Source of the DNA: Candidatus Omnitrophica bacterium CG11_big_fil_rev_8_21_14_0_20_64_10
GTDB lineage: Bacteria > Omnitrophota > Gorgyraeia > 1-14-0-20-64-10
Length of the DNA stretch: 53,467 nt
Direction: 5' to 3'
Assembly: GCA_002787095.1 (NCBI GenBank)
Contig: PCVW01000063.1
Location: 15,608 to 69,074, forward strand
Below the pieces are notes generated by a model that had not been told where the DNA came from, made no database searches, and saw only the letters and a list, made by a program, of their open reading frames with translations. Every line of letters begins with the position of its first letter. The stretch's first letter is position 1. A program made the position numbers and the translations under genes. This document shows positions 42,286 through 50,097 of this stretch, one piece after another.

Positions 42286-43833
42286 TCAGGCGGCCGACCC
42301 GGCCAAAATCCGATCGGCCGCCTCCGGCCGGGTCTGCTCCAGCAACCCCCCGGAGAAGGGACCCCCCAGATTGGATTCCAAACCGGCCGAAGCCGCCTCC
42401 AACTGATCCACGACGACCGATTCAAGGGTCTCCCCCCGATCCCAGATAATCCAGTGGCCGGCGGCGTCGATCAGCTTGACCTGCGTCGCCCTCGGGATCT
42501 GGGCCGCCCGCCAGAATTCAACACCGACTCCTTTGTTCTGAAGACCGCCCCGGCCGACTTCTCCGGCTGTTACCGAGTCAGGATAAAACCAGCTGTTTGA
42601 ATGGCGTTTCGATCCGGCTGAATAGGCCATGAGAACAGTGGTCTGCCCCTGATAGGGATGCCGTTCTTTGGGGATCTTGCCAAACTCCAGAAAATTCTCC
42701 CGAGAGCCGGAACGGGAGTAGACAAACTGCCGCTTCGGCACAGCCAGCTCCACCGCCGGGCCCGCTTCCTGCAGATCGTACGGGACAAAATCAGTGGTAT
42801 CGGGGAAAATGCCTCTCTGCGGGTCCCGTCGATGGATCAGCAGCGCCAACTCCAGCGCCGGCGTCGCCGACCGAACCGCCGCCAGGATCGAGCGGGTGAA
42901 CCTGGCCGGATCCGAGCCGGGCAGGCCGATCCCCATCTGGATCCGGCCGGAAGGGAAACGGAACCCGTACAGCTGAGCCCCCTCCGTCCGGTGCAGGAAG
43001 CGTTGAAGCTCCTTAAAATCGGGCCGCTGCCGGATCATCACAAGGGTGCCCGGCCGGCGGGAAGAAGGCCGAAGCTCGGCAAGGCGATTAATCCAGTCCA
43101 CCGGACTGAACGCCAGGGGGAAACTGTCCGCCCCCTGCCGTTCGAAGGACTCCCGAATCATGGCCCGCAGCTGACCGGCGAAACGAAAAAGACTCCGGAC
43201 AACTTCCGGGTTGACATTCGTGACTGAGGCAACCCGATCAACCCATCTTGAAAAGGGCTCATTCAACGGCTGGTTGTCCGCCGTCTGCCGCGAATAGAGA
43301 ACCGCTTCGGTCGCGATCTGGGACACGGTCCGCCCCCGAAGGGCAGGTTCCCAATCGGAAGCCAGCAGCCAGGCCTCCACCAGAAGATCCTCCCCCCGGC
43401 GCCGCCGCTGGGAAAGCTCCGTCCCGATCGGAAAAACCGCCCCACCGATCATCTCACGCAGCGCCCGGCCCGGGGAGACGGGATCCGGACTCTGCCTCAA
43501 ATAAGACCAAAGGATTTCGATGGAAGCCAGCCTGTTCCGGCTCCCCAGAGATTGAACAACATCCGAGATCCGATGCCCATCGACGCTGACCGGAACCCCG
43601 CTGTTGGGCCAGCGCATCTCCAAGCCGCCGGCCGGCCCAGAGGGATCCGAAACCCCAAGCGCCCCAAAGAAAGCCGCCCGCACCGCGGGATCGTTTTCCT
43701 CCAACCCGGCCGGTCGAAGCATCTCGGACGACATCCCCCGCCCTACCGGCATGGCAAAAACCGGCCCCACTTCGAGCAGCAGGGCCCCGGACAGAGATAG
43801 GCAGACAAGTGACTTGATTCGGGAAATAAGCAT
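42286..43833 (-). CDS. Hypothetical exported protein (515 aa), no recognisable domain
   Basis: ATG at 43833. Signal-peptide-like MLISRIKSLVCLSLSGALLLEVGPVFA. GC-rich third codon positions. It occupies the slot between tilS and ftsH. Confidence 0.6.
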   Translation of the reverse strand: MLISRIKSLVCLSLSGALLLEVGPVFAMPVGRGMSSEMLRPAGLEENDPAVRAAFFGALGVSDPSGPAGGLEMRWPNSGVPVSVDGHRISDVVQSLGSRNRLASIEILWSYLRQSPDPVSPGRALREMIGGAVFPIGTELSQRRRRGEDLLVEAWLLASDWEPALRGRTVSQIATEAVLYSRQTADNQPLNEPFSRWVDRVASVTNVNPEVVRSLFRFAGQLRAMIRESFERQGADSFPLAFSPVDWINRLAELRPSSRRPGTLVMIRQRPDFKELQRFLHRTEGAQLYGFRFPSGRIQMGIGLPGSDPARFTRSILAAVRSATPALELALLIHRRDPQRGIFPDTTDFVPYDLQEAGPAVELAVPKRQFVYSRSGSRENFLEFGKIPKERHPYQGQTTVLMAYSAGSKRHSNSWFYPDSVTAGEVGRGGLQNKGVGVEFWRAAQIPRATQVKLIDAAGHWIIWDRGETLESVVVDQLEAASAGLESNLGGPFSGGLLEQTRPEAADRILAGSAA

Positions 43834-43867
43834 GATGGCATTATACCATACTATTCATGACGGTTAA
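43834..43867 (-). promoter_or_regulatory. Extended -10 promoter placed for a leaderless transcript of the 515-aa gene
   Basis: Minus strand has TTAACC (43867-43862), a 16-nt spacer, then TGG-TATAAT (-10 at 43845-40), GCCATC and the ATG. The predicted start site coincides with the A of the ATG. Confidence 0.45.
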
Positions 43868-44870
43868 CAAACAATCGCCACCGATGGGAGCGGCCCGGCA
43901 GAGACCGGGCAGTCAAACCGCCGGGGAAATCGGTCCGGGCCGGGCCGGCCCCCTGACCCATCCGATCGAGCGCCGCCCAATGGGCCTGTTCCCATCCGGC
44001 GACCGATCCGGCGAGCCGTTCCACCGCCCGGCGAAACAGCCGGATCCGGAGGGCCCGCGGGAGGGTCGCCATGACCTCCCCTTTGAAGTCCACCCGGCCC
44101 GGCCCGCTCTTGGCCGCCTGCCGGTAAGCGGCAGCCGCCTCCCGATCCAGCAGTTCCCCTTCTTCCCGCGTGAGCTCCGCCAAATCGGCCAGATGCCGCT
44201 TTAGGTCCCGGCCGGCCGCCGCCTCCAACAGCGGGAAGACTTGGCGGCGAAGCCGGTTGCGGAAGAATCGGGAAGAACGGTTGGAAGGATCCCGCAGGGG
44301 ACGAACCCCGTGCGCCCGGAGGAACCGCTCCACCTCCGTCCGGGGGATCCCCAGCAGCGGCCGAATCACCCGCAGGGGCTTGAGGCGGCCGGACCGGCCG
44401 GTGGGTCGAACCGGCGGGATGCCGGCCAGCCCCTCCGGACCGGTCCCCCGGAGAAGCCGCATCAAGACCGTCTCCGCCTGATCGTCCAGCGTATGCCCCA
44501 GGGCGATCACCCCGCAGCCCAGCCGCCGGGCGGCCGCCTCCAGCGCCTCAAAACGGGCCTGCCGGGCGGCCTCCTCCAGCGATTCGCCGCCCCGTTTCCG
44601 GATGGTCAGCCGCCGGACGGTCACCGGCACTCCGTACAGCTTCCCAAGCCGCCGGACAAAGGCCGCCTCCCGGGGCCCCGCCCCCGGCCGCAAGCCGTGG
44701 CTCAGATGGAGGAGCTGCAGGGAAAAACGCCGTTTGAGGCGCAGCGCGGTCAGAGCCAGCAGAAGGGCGGTAGAATCGGGGCCGCCGGAGACCCCGGCCA
44801 GCACCCGGTCGCCGGAGCGGAGCATCCGGTGACGGTCCAACGCTTCTGAAACGGTCTCAACGAAATCCAT
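43851..44870 (-). CDS. tilS: tRNA(Ile)-lysidine synthase
   Basis: PP-loop VLAGVSGGPDSTALL. I prefer ATG 44870 (MDFVETV...). The track start at 44888 is TTG, only 3 nt from the tRNA end. Confidence 0.85.
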   Translation of the reverse strand: MDFVETVSEALDRHRMLRSGDRVLAGVSGGPDSTALLLALTALRLKRRFSLQLLHLSHGLRPGAGPREAAFVRRLGKLYGVPVTVRRLTIRKRGGESLEEAARQARFEALEAAARRLGCGVIALGHTLDDQAETVLMRLLRGTGPEGLAGIPPVRPTGRSGRLKPLRVIRPLLGIPRTEVERFLRAHGVRPLRDPSNRSSRFFRNRLRRQVFPLLEAAAGRDLKRHLADLAELTREEGELLDREAAAAYRQAAKSGPGRVDFKGEVMATLPRALRIRLFRRAVERLAGSVAGWEQAHWAALDRMGQGAGPARTDFPGGLTARSLPGRSHRWRLFVNRHE

Positions 44871-44890
44871 GATCCGAAGGAAAGCCAAAG

Positions 44891-44967
44891 TGGTGGCGGC
44901 GGCTGGATTCGAACCAGCGACATGGCGGGTATGAGCCGCTTGCTCTACCAGGCTGAGCTACGCCGCC
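44891..44967 (-). tRNA. tRNA with CAU anticodon, elongator type (Met most likely; Ile2 not excluded), CCA encoded
   Basis: GGCGGCGTAGCTCAGCCTGGTAGAGCAAGCGGCTCATACCCGCCATGTCGCTGGTTCGAATCCAGCCGCCGCCACCA. A G1-C72 pair rules out the initiator. The GGCGGxG acceptor and CAUAC loop resemble elongator tRNA-Met as I recall it. Confidence 0.8.
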
Positions 44968-44986
44968 TCCGATCAAAACAAGTATT

Positions 44987-46072
44987 CTACCCGAACCGGG
45001 CGATCCAGCCCCCTCCCAACAGCAGGTCCCCCCGGTAAAAGACCGCCGCCTGACCGGGAGCAATCCCGTCGGCAACCGGCTCGTCGAAACGGACCCGAAC
45101 CCCGGCCGGGTCCGGAATCAGTTCCGCCGGCCGCCGCAGACTCTTGTACCGGATCTTCACCTCGGCCCGGATCGGCTCTTTGGGCGCCGGGATGCCGACC
45201 CAATGAACCGCTTCGGCGAGGAAACCGGTCGAGGACAACTCCTGCTGGGTGCCGACCACGACCCGGTTCCCCGCCGCGTCCAGTTCCAGCACATAGAGGG
45301 GCTCCGGATGCGCCAGTCCCAACCCCCGCCGCTGGCCGACCGTGTAGGCCGCCACCCCGGCATGCCGGCCCAGAAGCGTCCCGTCCCGGAGAACCACCGG
45401 CCCCGGCGTGAACCCTTCCGGTCTGCGGCCCCGCAGGAATTTTTGGGTCTCCCCATCCGGGATGAAACAAAGCTCCTGGGACTCCGCCTTCTCGGCGACC
45501 GGCAGTCCGGCGGCCACCGCCCGGCGGCGGACCTCCGCCTTGGTCAGCTCCCCGACCGGCAGCAGGAGCCGGGCCAGCTGATCCTGGGTCACCTGGGAGA
45601 GGACATACGACTGGTCCTTGTCGGAATCCGCCCCCTGCCGGATCTGGTACCGCTTGTGGGCCTCGCTCCAACCGACCCGGGCGTAATGGCCGGTCGCCAC
45701 CTTCTCGATCCCCAGGGCCCGGGCGCGCTCAAGCAAAATTCCCAATTTAATCTCCCGGTTGCAGGTGACGCAGGGATTGGGGGTCCTCCCCTCGGCATAG
45801 CCCTGAACGAACGGGGTGATGATCTTCTGCTGGAAGATCTCGGCCGCCTCGACCACATAGAAGGGGATTTCCAACCGGGCCGCGACCGCCCGGGCATCCT
45901 CGATGTCCCGGACCGAACAGCAGGTCTGGCGCTTGGGGATCGTCTCGCACATCTCCTCCCCCCAGGTCTTGAGGGTCATCCCCACCACCCGGACCCCCTG
46001 CTCCTTGAGCAGCAGCGCGGCCACCGAAGAGTCCACTCCGCCGCTCATCGCAACCAGCGCCGACTCAGCCAC
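44987..46072 (-). CDS. mnmA: tRNA-specific 2-thiouridylase
   Basis: 361 aa. PP-loop VAMSGGVDSSVAALLL. GTG start overlapping the panB end by 8 nt. Confidence 0.9.
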   Translation of the reverse strand: MAESALVAMSGGVDSSVAALLLKEQGVRVVGMTLKTWGEEMCETIPKRQTCCSVRDIEDARAVAARLEIPFYVVEAAEIFQQKIITPFVQGYAEGRTPNPCVTCNREIKLGILLERARALGIEKVATGHYARVGWSEAHKRYQIRQGADSDKDQSYVLSQVTQDQLARLLLPVGELTKAEVRRRAVAAGLPVAEKAESQELCFIPDGETQKFLRGRRPEGFTPGPVVLRDGTLLGRHAGVAAYTVGQRRGLGLAHPEPLYVLELDAAGNRVVVGTQQELSSTGFLAEAVHWVGIPAPKEPIRAEVKIRYKSLRRPAELIPDPAGVRVRFDEPVADGIAPGQAAVFYRGDLLLGGGWIARFG

Positions 46073-46922
46073 GGAGCAGCCCCTCCAGTTTCTTCAGCTC
46101 CTCCGGCGGCATCCGGTAGCTCTCCTCCGCTCCTGGAAAACCGCCGTTCTCCACCGCCGAGCGGTAATCCCCGGCCGCCCGGGCGATCGTCTCATGGAGA
46201 CGGGCGAAGGCCCGGACGAAACGGGGGACCGCATCGGGCGACATCCCCAAGAGATCGTGGGTCACCAGCACCTGTCCGTCGCAGTCGGGACCGGCCCCAA
46301 TGCCGATCGTTGGGATCGAAAGCCGTTCGGTGACCGCCCGCCCGACCTCGACCGGCAGGCACTCCAGCACCACCCCGAAACAGCCGGCCTGCTCCAATTG
46401 ACGGGCCGCGGCGACCAGGGCGGCCGCCGCCTCGGCGGTCCGTCCCTGCACCTTGAAGCCGCCGACCTGCACCGCGGTCTGCGGCGTCAACCCCAGGTGC
46501 CCCATGACCGGGATCCCGGCCCGATGGATCCCCTTGACCGCCTCCAGCGACTCCAGGGAGCCCTGCCCCCCCTCCACCTTGACCGCATCGCAGCCGGCCT
46601 CCTTCAGGAACCGGCCGGCATTCCGGACCGCGTCATCCACGGAGCGGTTGAAGGACATGAACGGCATGTCGCCGATCAGGAGGGCCCGGCGGACCCCGCG
46701 GCGGACCGCCTTGGCGTGGTGCAGCATCTCCCGCATCGTGACCTGGACCGTGGAAGGATACCCGAGGGTCGCCATGCCGAGGGAATCTCCGACCAGGATG
46801 ATGTCGACGCCGGCCCCGTCAATCAGCCGGGCGGTCGGACAGTCGGCGGCGGTCAGCATCGTGATCTTGCTGCCGGCCTGCCTCTTCTTCAAAAGATCGG
46901 GAATCGTCACCTGGCCCGCCAC
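46065..46922 (-). CDS. panB: 3-methyl-2-oxobutanoate hydroxymethyltransferase (ketopantoate hydroxymethyltransferase)
   Basis: 285 aa. Contains ITMLTAADCPTARLIDGAGVDIILVGDSLGM. GTG start. Confidence 0.9.
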   Translation of the reverse strand: MAGQVTIPDLLKKRQAGSKITMLTAADCPTARLIDGAGVDIILVGDSLGMATLGYPSTVQVTMREMLHHAKAVRRGVRRALLIGDMPFMSFNRSVDDAVRNAGRFLKEAGCDAVKVEGGQGSLESLEAVKGIHRAGIPVMGHLGLTPQTAVQVGGFKVQGRTAEAAAALVAAARQLEQAGCFGVVLECLPVEVGRAVTERLSIPTIGIGAGPDCDGQVLVTHDLLGMSPDAVPRFVRAFARLHETIARAAGDYRSAVENGGFPGAEESYRMPPEELKKLEGLLRG

Positions 46923-46935
46923 CGAACGGCTCTCC

Positions 46936-47808
46936 TCAGCGCCCCGCCGCCTGCAGCTTGAAGGCCTCGACCGTGTTGCGCATCAGGGTAGCGACGACAA
47001 CCGGCCCCACCCCGCCGGGGACCGGCGTGATGAAGCTGGCCTTCCGGGCGGCCGGCTCGAACTCCACATCCCCGACCACCCGGCCGTTGACCAGATTGAT
47101 CCCCACATCAATCACGATCGATTCCGGCCGGACCCATTCCCCCTTGACCAGGCTCGCCTTGCCGACCGCGACGACCAGCACCTCCGCCCGGCGGACATGC
47201 TCCGCCAGCCGGCCCCGGTCGGCGGTCGCGACATGACAGACCGTCGTGGTGCAGAGGCGGTCCAGCAGCATCAGGCTGACCGGCTTGCCGATCAGTTCGC
47301 TGTGGCCGACGATCACCGCTTCCTTGCCGTACAGATCGGCCCCGGTCGAATCGATCAACTCCATGACCGCCAGCGAGGTGCAGGTGCCGATGCGGGACCA
47401 GCCGAACATCGACTGGCCGATGTGCTGCGGATGGATCCCCTCGACATCCTTGCGGGGATCCAGCGCGGCTGAGATCGCCCGGGCGTCGAAACCGGCCGGC
47501 AGAGGGAACTGGATCGTGACCCCGGTCACCTCCGGGTCCCGGTTCCAGTGCTCGATCCTCTTGAGCAGCCCCTCAGGGGTGGTCTCCGGCGAGAGCCGTT
47601 CCAGCCGGTAGCCGATTCCGAGACGCTCCGCCGCCCGGGCCTGCGAACGGGCGAACAGGTCGGAGGCGGAATGAGTCCCCACCTGCACGCTCAACAGGAA
47701 GGGGGCCTCCCCGTGCTTCCGGGTCAACTGCGCCACCTCCCCCTTGAGCTTCTCATACAGCTTGCCGGCGATCGCGCTGCCGTCTAAGATCTGCGCCATG
47801 GTCTCCAT
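46936..47808 (-). CDS. folD: Bifunctional methylenetetrahydrofolate dehydrogenase/methenyltetrahydrofolate cyclohydrolase
   Basis: 290 aa. Contains AQILDGSAIAGKL, IVGHSELIGKPV and PVPGGVGPV. An alternative ATG lies at 47799. Confidence 0.9.
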   Translation of the reverse strand: METMAQILDGSAIAGKLYEKLKGEVAQLTRKHGEAPFLLSVQVGTHSASDLFARSQARAAERLGIGYRLERLSPETTPEGLLKRIEHWNRDPEVTGVTIQFPLPAGFDARAISAALDPRKDVEGIHPQHIGQSMFGWSRIGTCTSLAVMELIDSTGADLYGKEAVIVGHSELIGKPVSLMLLDRLCTTTVCHVATADRGRLAEHVRRAEVLVVAVGKASLVKGEWVRPESIVIDVGINLVNGRVVGDVEFEPAARKASFITPVPGGVGPVVVATLMRNTVEAFKLQAAGR

Positions 47809-47817
47809 CGAAGAGAA

Positions 47818-48348
47818 TTATCCTTTCAAATTCACCTGGACCATCGCGTCGGCCGCCAGGAAGGCCCCCCGGAAGAGGGCCAGCCCCGCCTCGATGTCCG
47901 CCGACAAATGGGGGCCGGCGAACGGCTTGAGCTTCCGCAGCCAGACCGCCCCCTCCACCGCATCCTCACAAATCCCCATCGGAATCTCGATCGCCCGCCG
48001 CTTCAGCCGCCCGCCGGCCTGCCGGCCAGGCAGGGAAACGGTTCCACTCCTTTGAGCGGAAACCGCCCAATCGGCGTAGGCTTTGGCGTCCGCCCGCACC
48101 GCCGCCTCGAACCGCCGGCGGAGCCGATCGAACTGTCGAGCGGTCTGCCGGGCAACCCGGGCCGCCGCGGGCGGCACCTTCTTCTTCCGGTTCAAGAGGA
48201 CGCGGGCCGTCATCTCCCCGAGCGCCGCCCCCATCGCCCCGGCCAAAGCGGCCGCCGCCCCCCCGCCCGGCACCGGCTGCTTGGAAGCCAGCGCCTTGAG
48301 GAAACGGTCGATCCGCCAGGCGGCATGGGGAAGGGCGAAAGGAGCCAT
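47818..48348 (-). CDS. fchA: Cyclodeaminase/cyclohydrolase family protein (FTCD C-terminal-like, FchA-type methenyl-THF cyclohydrolase)
   Basis: Track ORF trimmed to ATG 48348, which shares 1 nt with the fhs stop. Contains FLKALASKQPVPGGGAAAALAGAMGAALGEM. Confidence 0.7.
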   Translation of the reverse strand: MAPFALPHAAWRIDRFLKALASKQPVPGGGAAAALAGAMGAALGEMTARVLLNRKKKVPPAAARVARQTARQFDRLRRRFEAAVRADAKAYADWAVSAQRSGTVSLPGRQAGGRLKRRAIEIPMGICEDAVEGAVWLRKLKPFAGPHLSADIEAGLALFRGAFLAADAMVQVNLKG

Positions 48349-50045
48349 CAGAACAACCCGGTGATCTTTCCATTGGCGTCCACATCCAGCTGTTCCGCCA
48401 GCGGCCGGGCCGGCAGCCCCGGCAGGGTCAGGATCTTGCCGGTCAACGCCACCACGAAACCGGCCCCGGCGGCCACCCGCAGCTGACGCACCTTGAGCCG
48501 CCAGCCGGTCGGCACCCCGACCTGTTTCGGATCGTCGCTCAGGGAGAGCTGAGTCTTGGCCATGTTGACCGGCAGCGCCCCGTAGCCGTTGGATTCCAGC
48601 CATTTGAGATCCGCCGGCGCCGACTCCACGAAGTCCACCCCATCGGCCCCGTACACCTCGGTCGCGATCCGCTCAATCTTCTTCTCCAGGGAGAGCCGAT
48701 CCGCCTGGTAGAGGGGCTTGAACTGGGACCCCTTCTCCTGCAGCGCCCCCATCACCTCCCGGGCCAGCGCCTCCCCCCCTTCGCCCCCCTTCTGGGAGAT
48801 CTCGGAAACCGCGAAGCGGACCTGCAGCCCCAGGCAATGCTCCCGCACGAGCTTGAGCTCCATCGCCGAATCGGAAGGGAACCGGTTGATCGCGACGACC
48901 GGGGTCAGGCCGAACTTCCGGATGATCTTCAGATGATGGGCGAGGTTCGCGAAACCGGCCTGGAGGGCCGGCACATTCTCGCCGGCCGAGGCCGCCTCCA
49001 GCGACAACCCCCCGTGCACCTTCAAGGCCCGCAGGGTGGCCACCAGCACCACCGCGTCCGGCGCGAAACCGGTCCCCGGCAGGACGATATCGCAGAACTT
49101 CTCGAATCCCAGGTCCGCCCCGAAACCGCATTCAGTCACACAGTAGTCGGCCAGCCGCATCGCCAGCTCCACCGCCATGATCGAATTGGCGCCGTGGGCC
49201 AGGTTGGCGAAGGGACCGGTGTGGATCAGGACCGGCTGCCCCTCCAGCGTCTGGACCAGGTTGGGCTGCACCGCCTCCTTGAGCAGCAGTGCCATCGCCC
49301 CGACCGCCCGGACCTGCTCAGCGGTCACCGGGCGCCCCTCTGAATCCCACGCCACCACGATCCGGCTCAATCGGGCTTTCAAATCATCGAAATCCTTCGC
49401 CAGCGCCAGGATCGCCATGATCTCGCTGGCCACCGTGATGTCGAAGCCGGTCGTGCGCTTGAGACTCCCCTCCCCGCCCAACCCTACCTCCACATGCCGC
49501 AGGTTCCGGTCGGGGATCTCGGTCACCCGCCGCCAGAGGATCCGGGCCGGATCGATCCGGTTGGGGTTGCCGTGGGTCACCTGGTTCTCCACCATCGCCG
49601 CCAGCAGGTTGTGGGCGGTTCCGATGGCGTGAATGTCCCCGGTGAAGTGAAGGTTGATGTCGTCCATCGGAAGGATCTGGGCGTAGCCGGAGCCGCAGGC
49701 TCCCCCCTTGACCCCGAAGATCGGCCCGATGGAGGGCTCCCGCAGGGTCAGCATCACCCGCTTGCGCAGCCGCCCCATCGCCTGGGTCAGCCCGATCGCG
49801 GTGGAGGTCTTCCCCTCCCCCGCCTTGGTCGGGGTGACCGCGGTCACCAGAATCAGCTTGCCGTAGGGACGGGTCTTGACCCGGCTCAAAGCCTTCAGGC
49901 CGATCTTGGCCTTGTGCTCCCCGTACATCTGGATCTCCTCCATCCGGAGACCGGCCCGGCGAGCGATCTCGGTGATTTGGAGCGGGCGGGCGCTCTGGGC
50001 GATCTCGATGTTGGACGGAATTTTCCCCGGCGATGAAATGGTCAT
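48348..50045 (-). CDS. fhs: Formate--tetrahydrofolate ligase
   Basis: Track ORF trimmed to ATG 50045 (MTISSPGKIPSNIEIAQSA...); 565 aa. Contains TPTKAGEGKTSTAIGL. Confidence 0.9.
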   Translation of the reverse strand: MTISSPGKIPSNIEIAQSARPLQITEIARRAGLRMEEIQMYGEHKAKIGLKALSRVKTRPYGKLILVTAVTPTKAGEGKTSTAIGLTQAMGRLRKRVMLTLREPSIGPIFGVKGGACGSGYAQILPMDDINLHFTGDIHAIGTAHNLLAAMVENQVTHGNPNRIDPARILWRRVTEIPDRNLRHVEVGLGGEGSLKRTTGFDITVASEIMAILALAKDFDDLKARLSRIVVAWDSEGRPVTAEQVRAVGAMALLLKEAVQPNLVQTLEGQPVLIHTGPFANLAHGANSIMAVELAMRLADYCVTECGFGADLGFEKFCDIVLPGTGFAPDAVVLVATLRALKVHGGLSLEAASAGENVPALQAGFANLAHHLKIIRKFGLTPVVAINRFPSDSAMELKLVREHCLGLQVRFAVSEISQKGGEGGEALAREVMGALQEKGSQFKPLYQADRLSLEKKIERIATEVYGADGVDFVESAPADLKWLESNGYGALPVNMAKTQLSLSDDPKQVGVPTGWRLKVRQLRVAAGAGFVVALTGKILTLPGLPARPLAEQLDVDANGKITGLF

Positions 50046-50083
50046 GATCAAGCCATTATAACGGAAAGAGTTACGGTTGCGAA
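50046..50083 (-). promoter_or_regulatory. Sigma70-type promoter for fhs-fchA-folD-panB-mnmA with a near-zero leader
   Basis: Minus strand has TTCGCA (50083-78), a 17-nt spacer, TATAAT (50060-55), then GGCTTGATC and the ATG. The predicted start site is about 2 nt before the ATG. Confidence 0.45.
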
Positions 50084-50097
50084 GGAAAACGGGCCGT

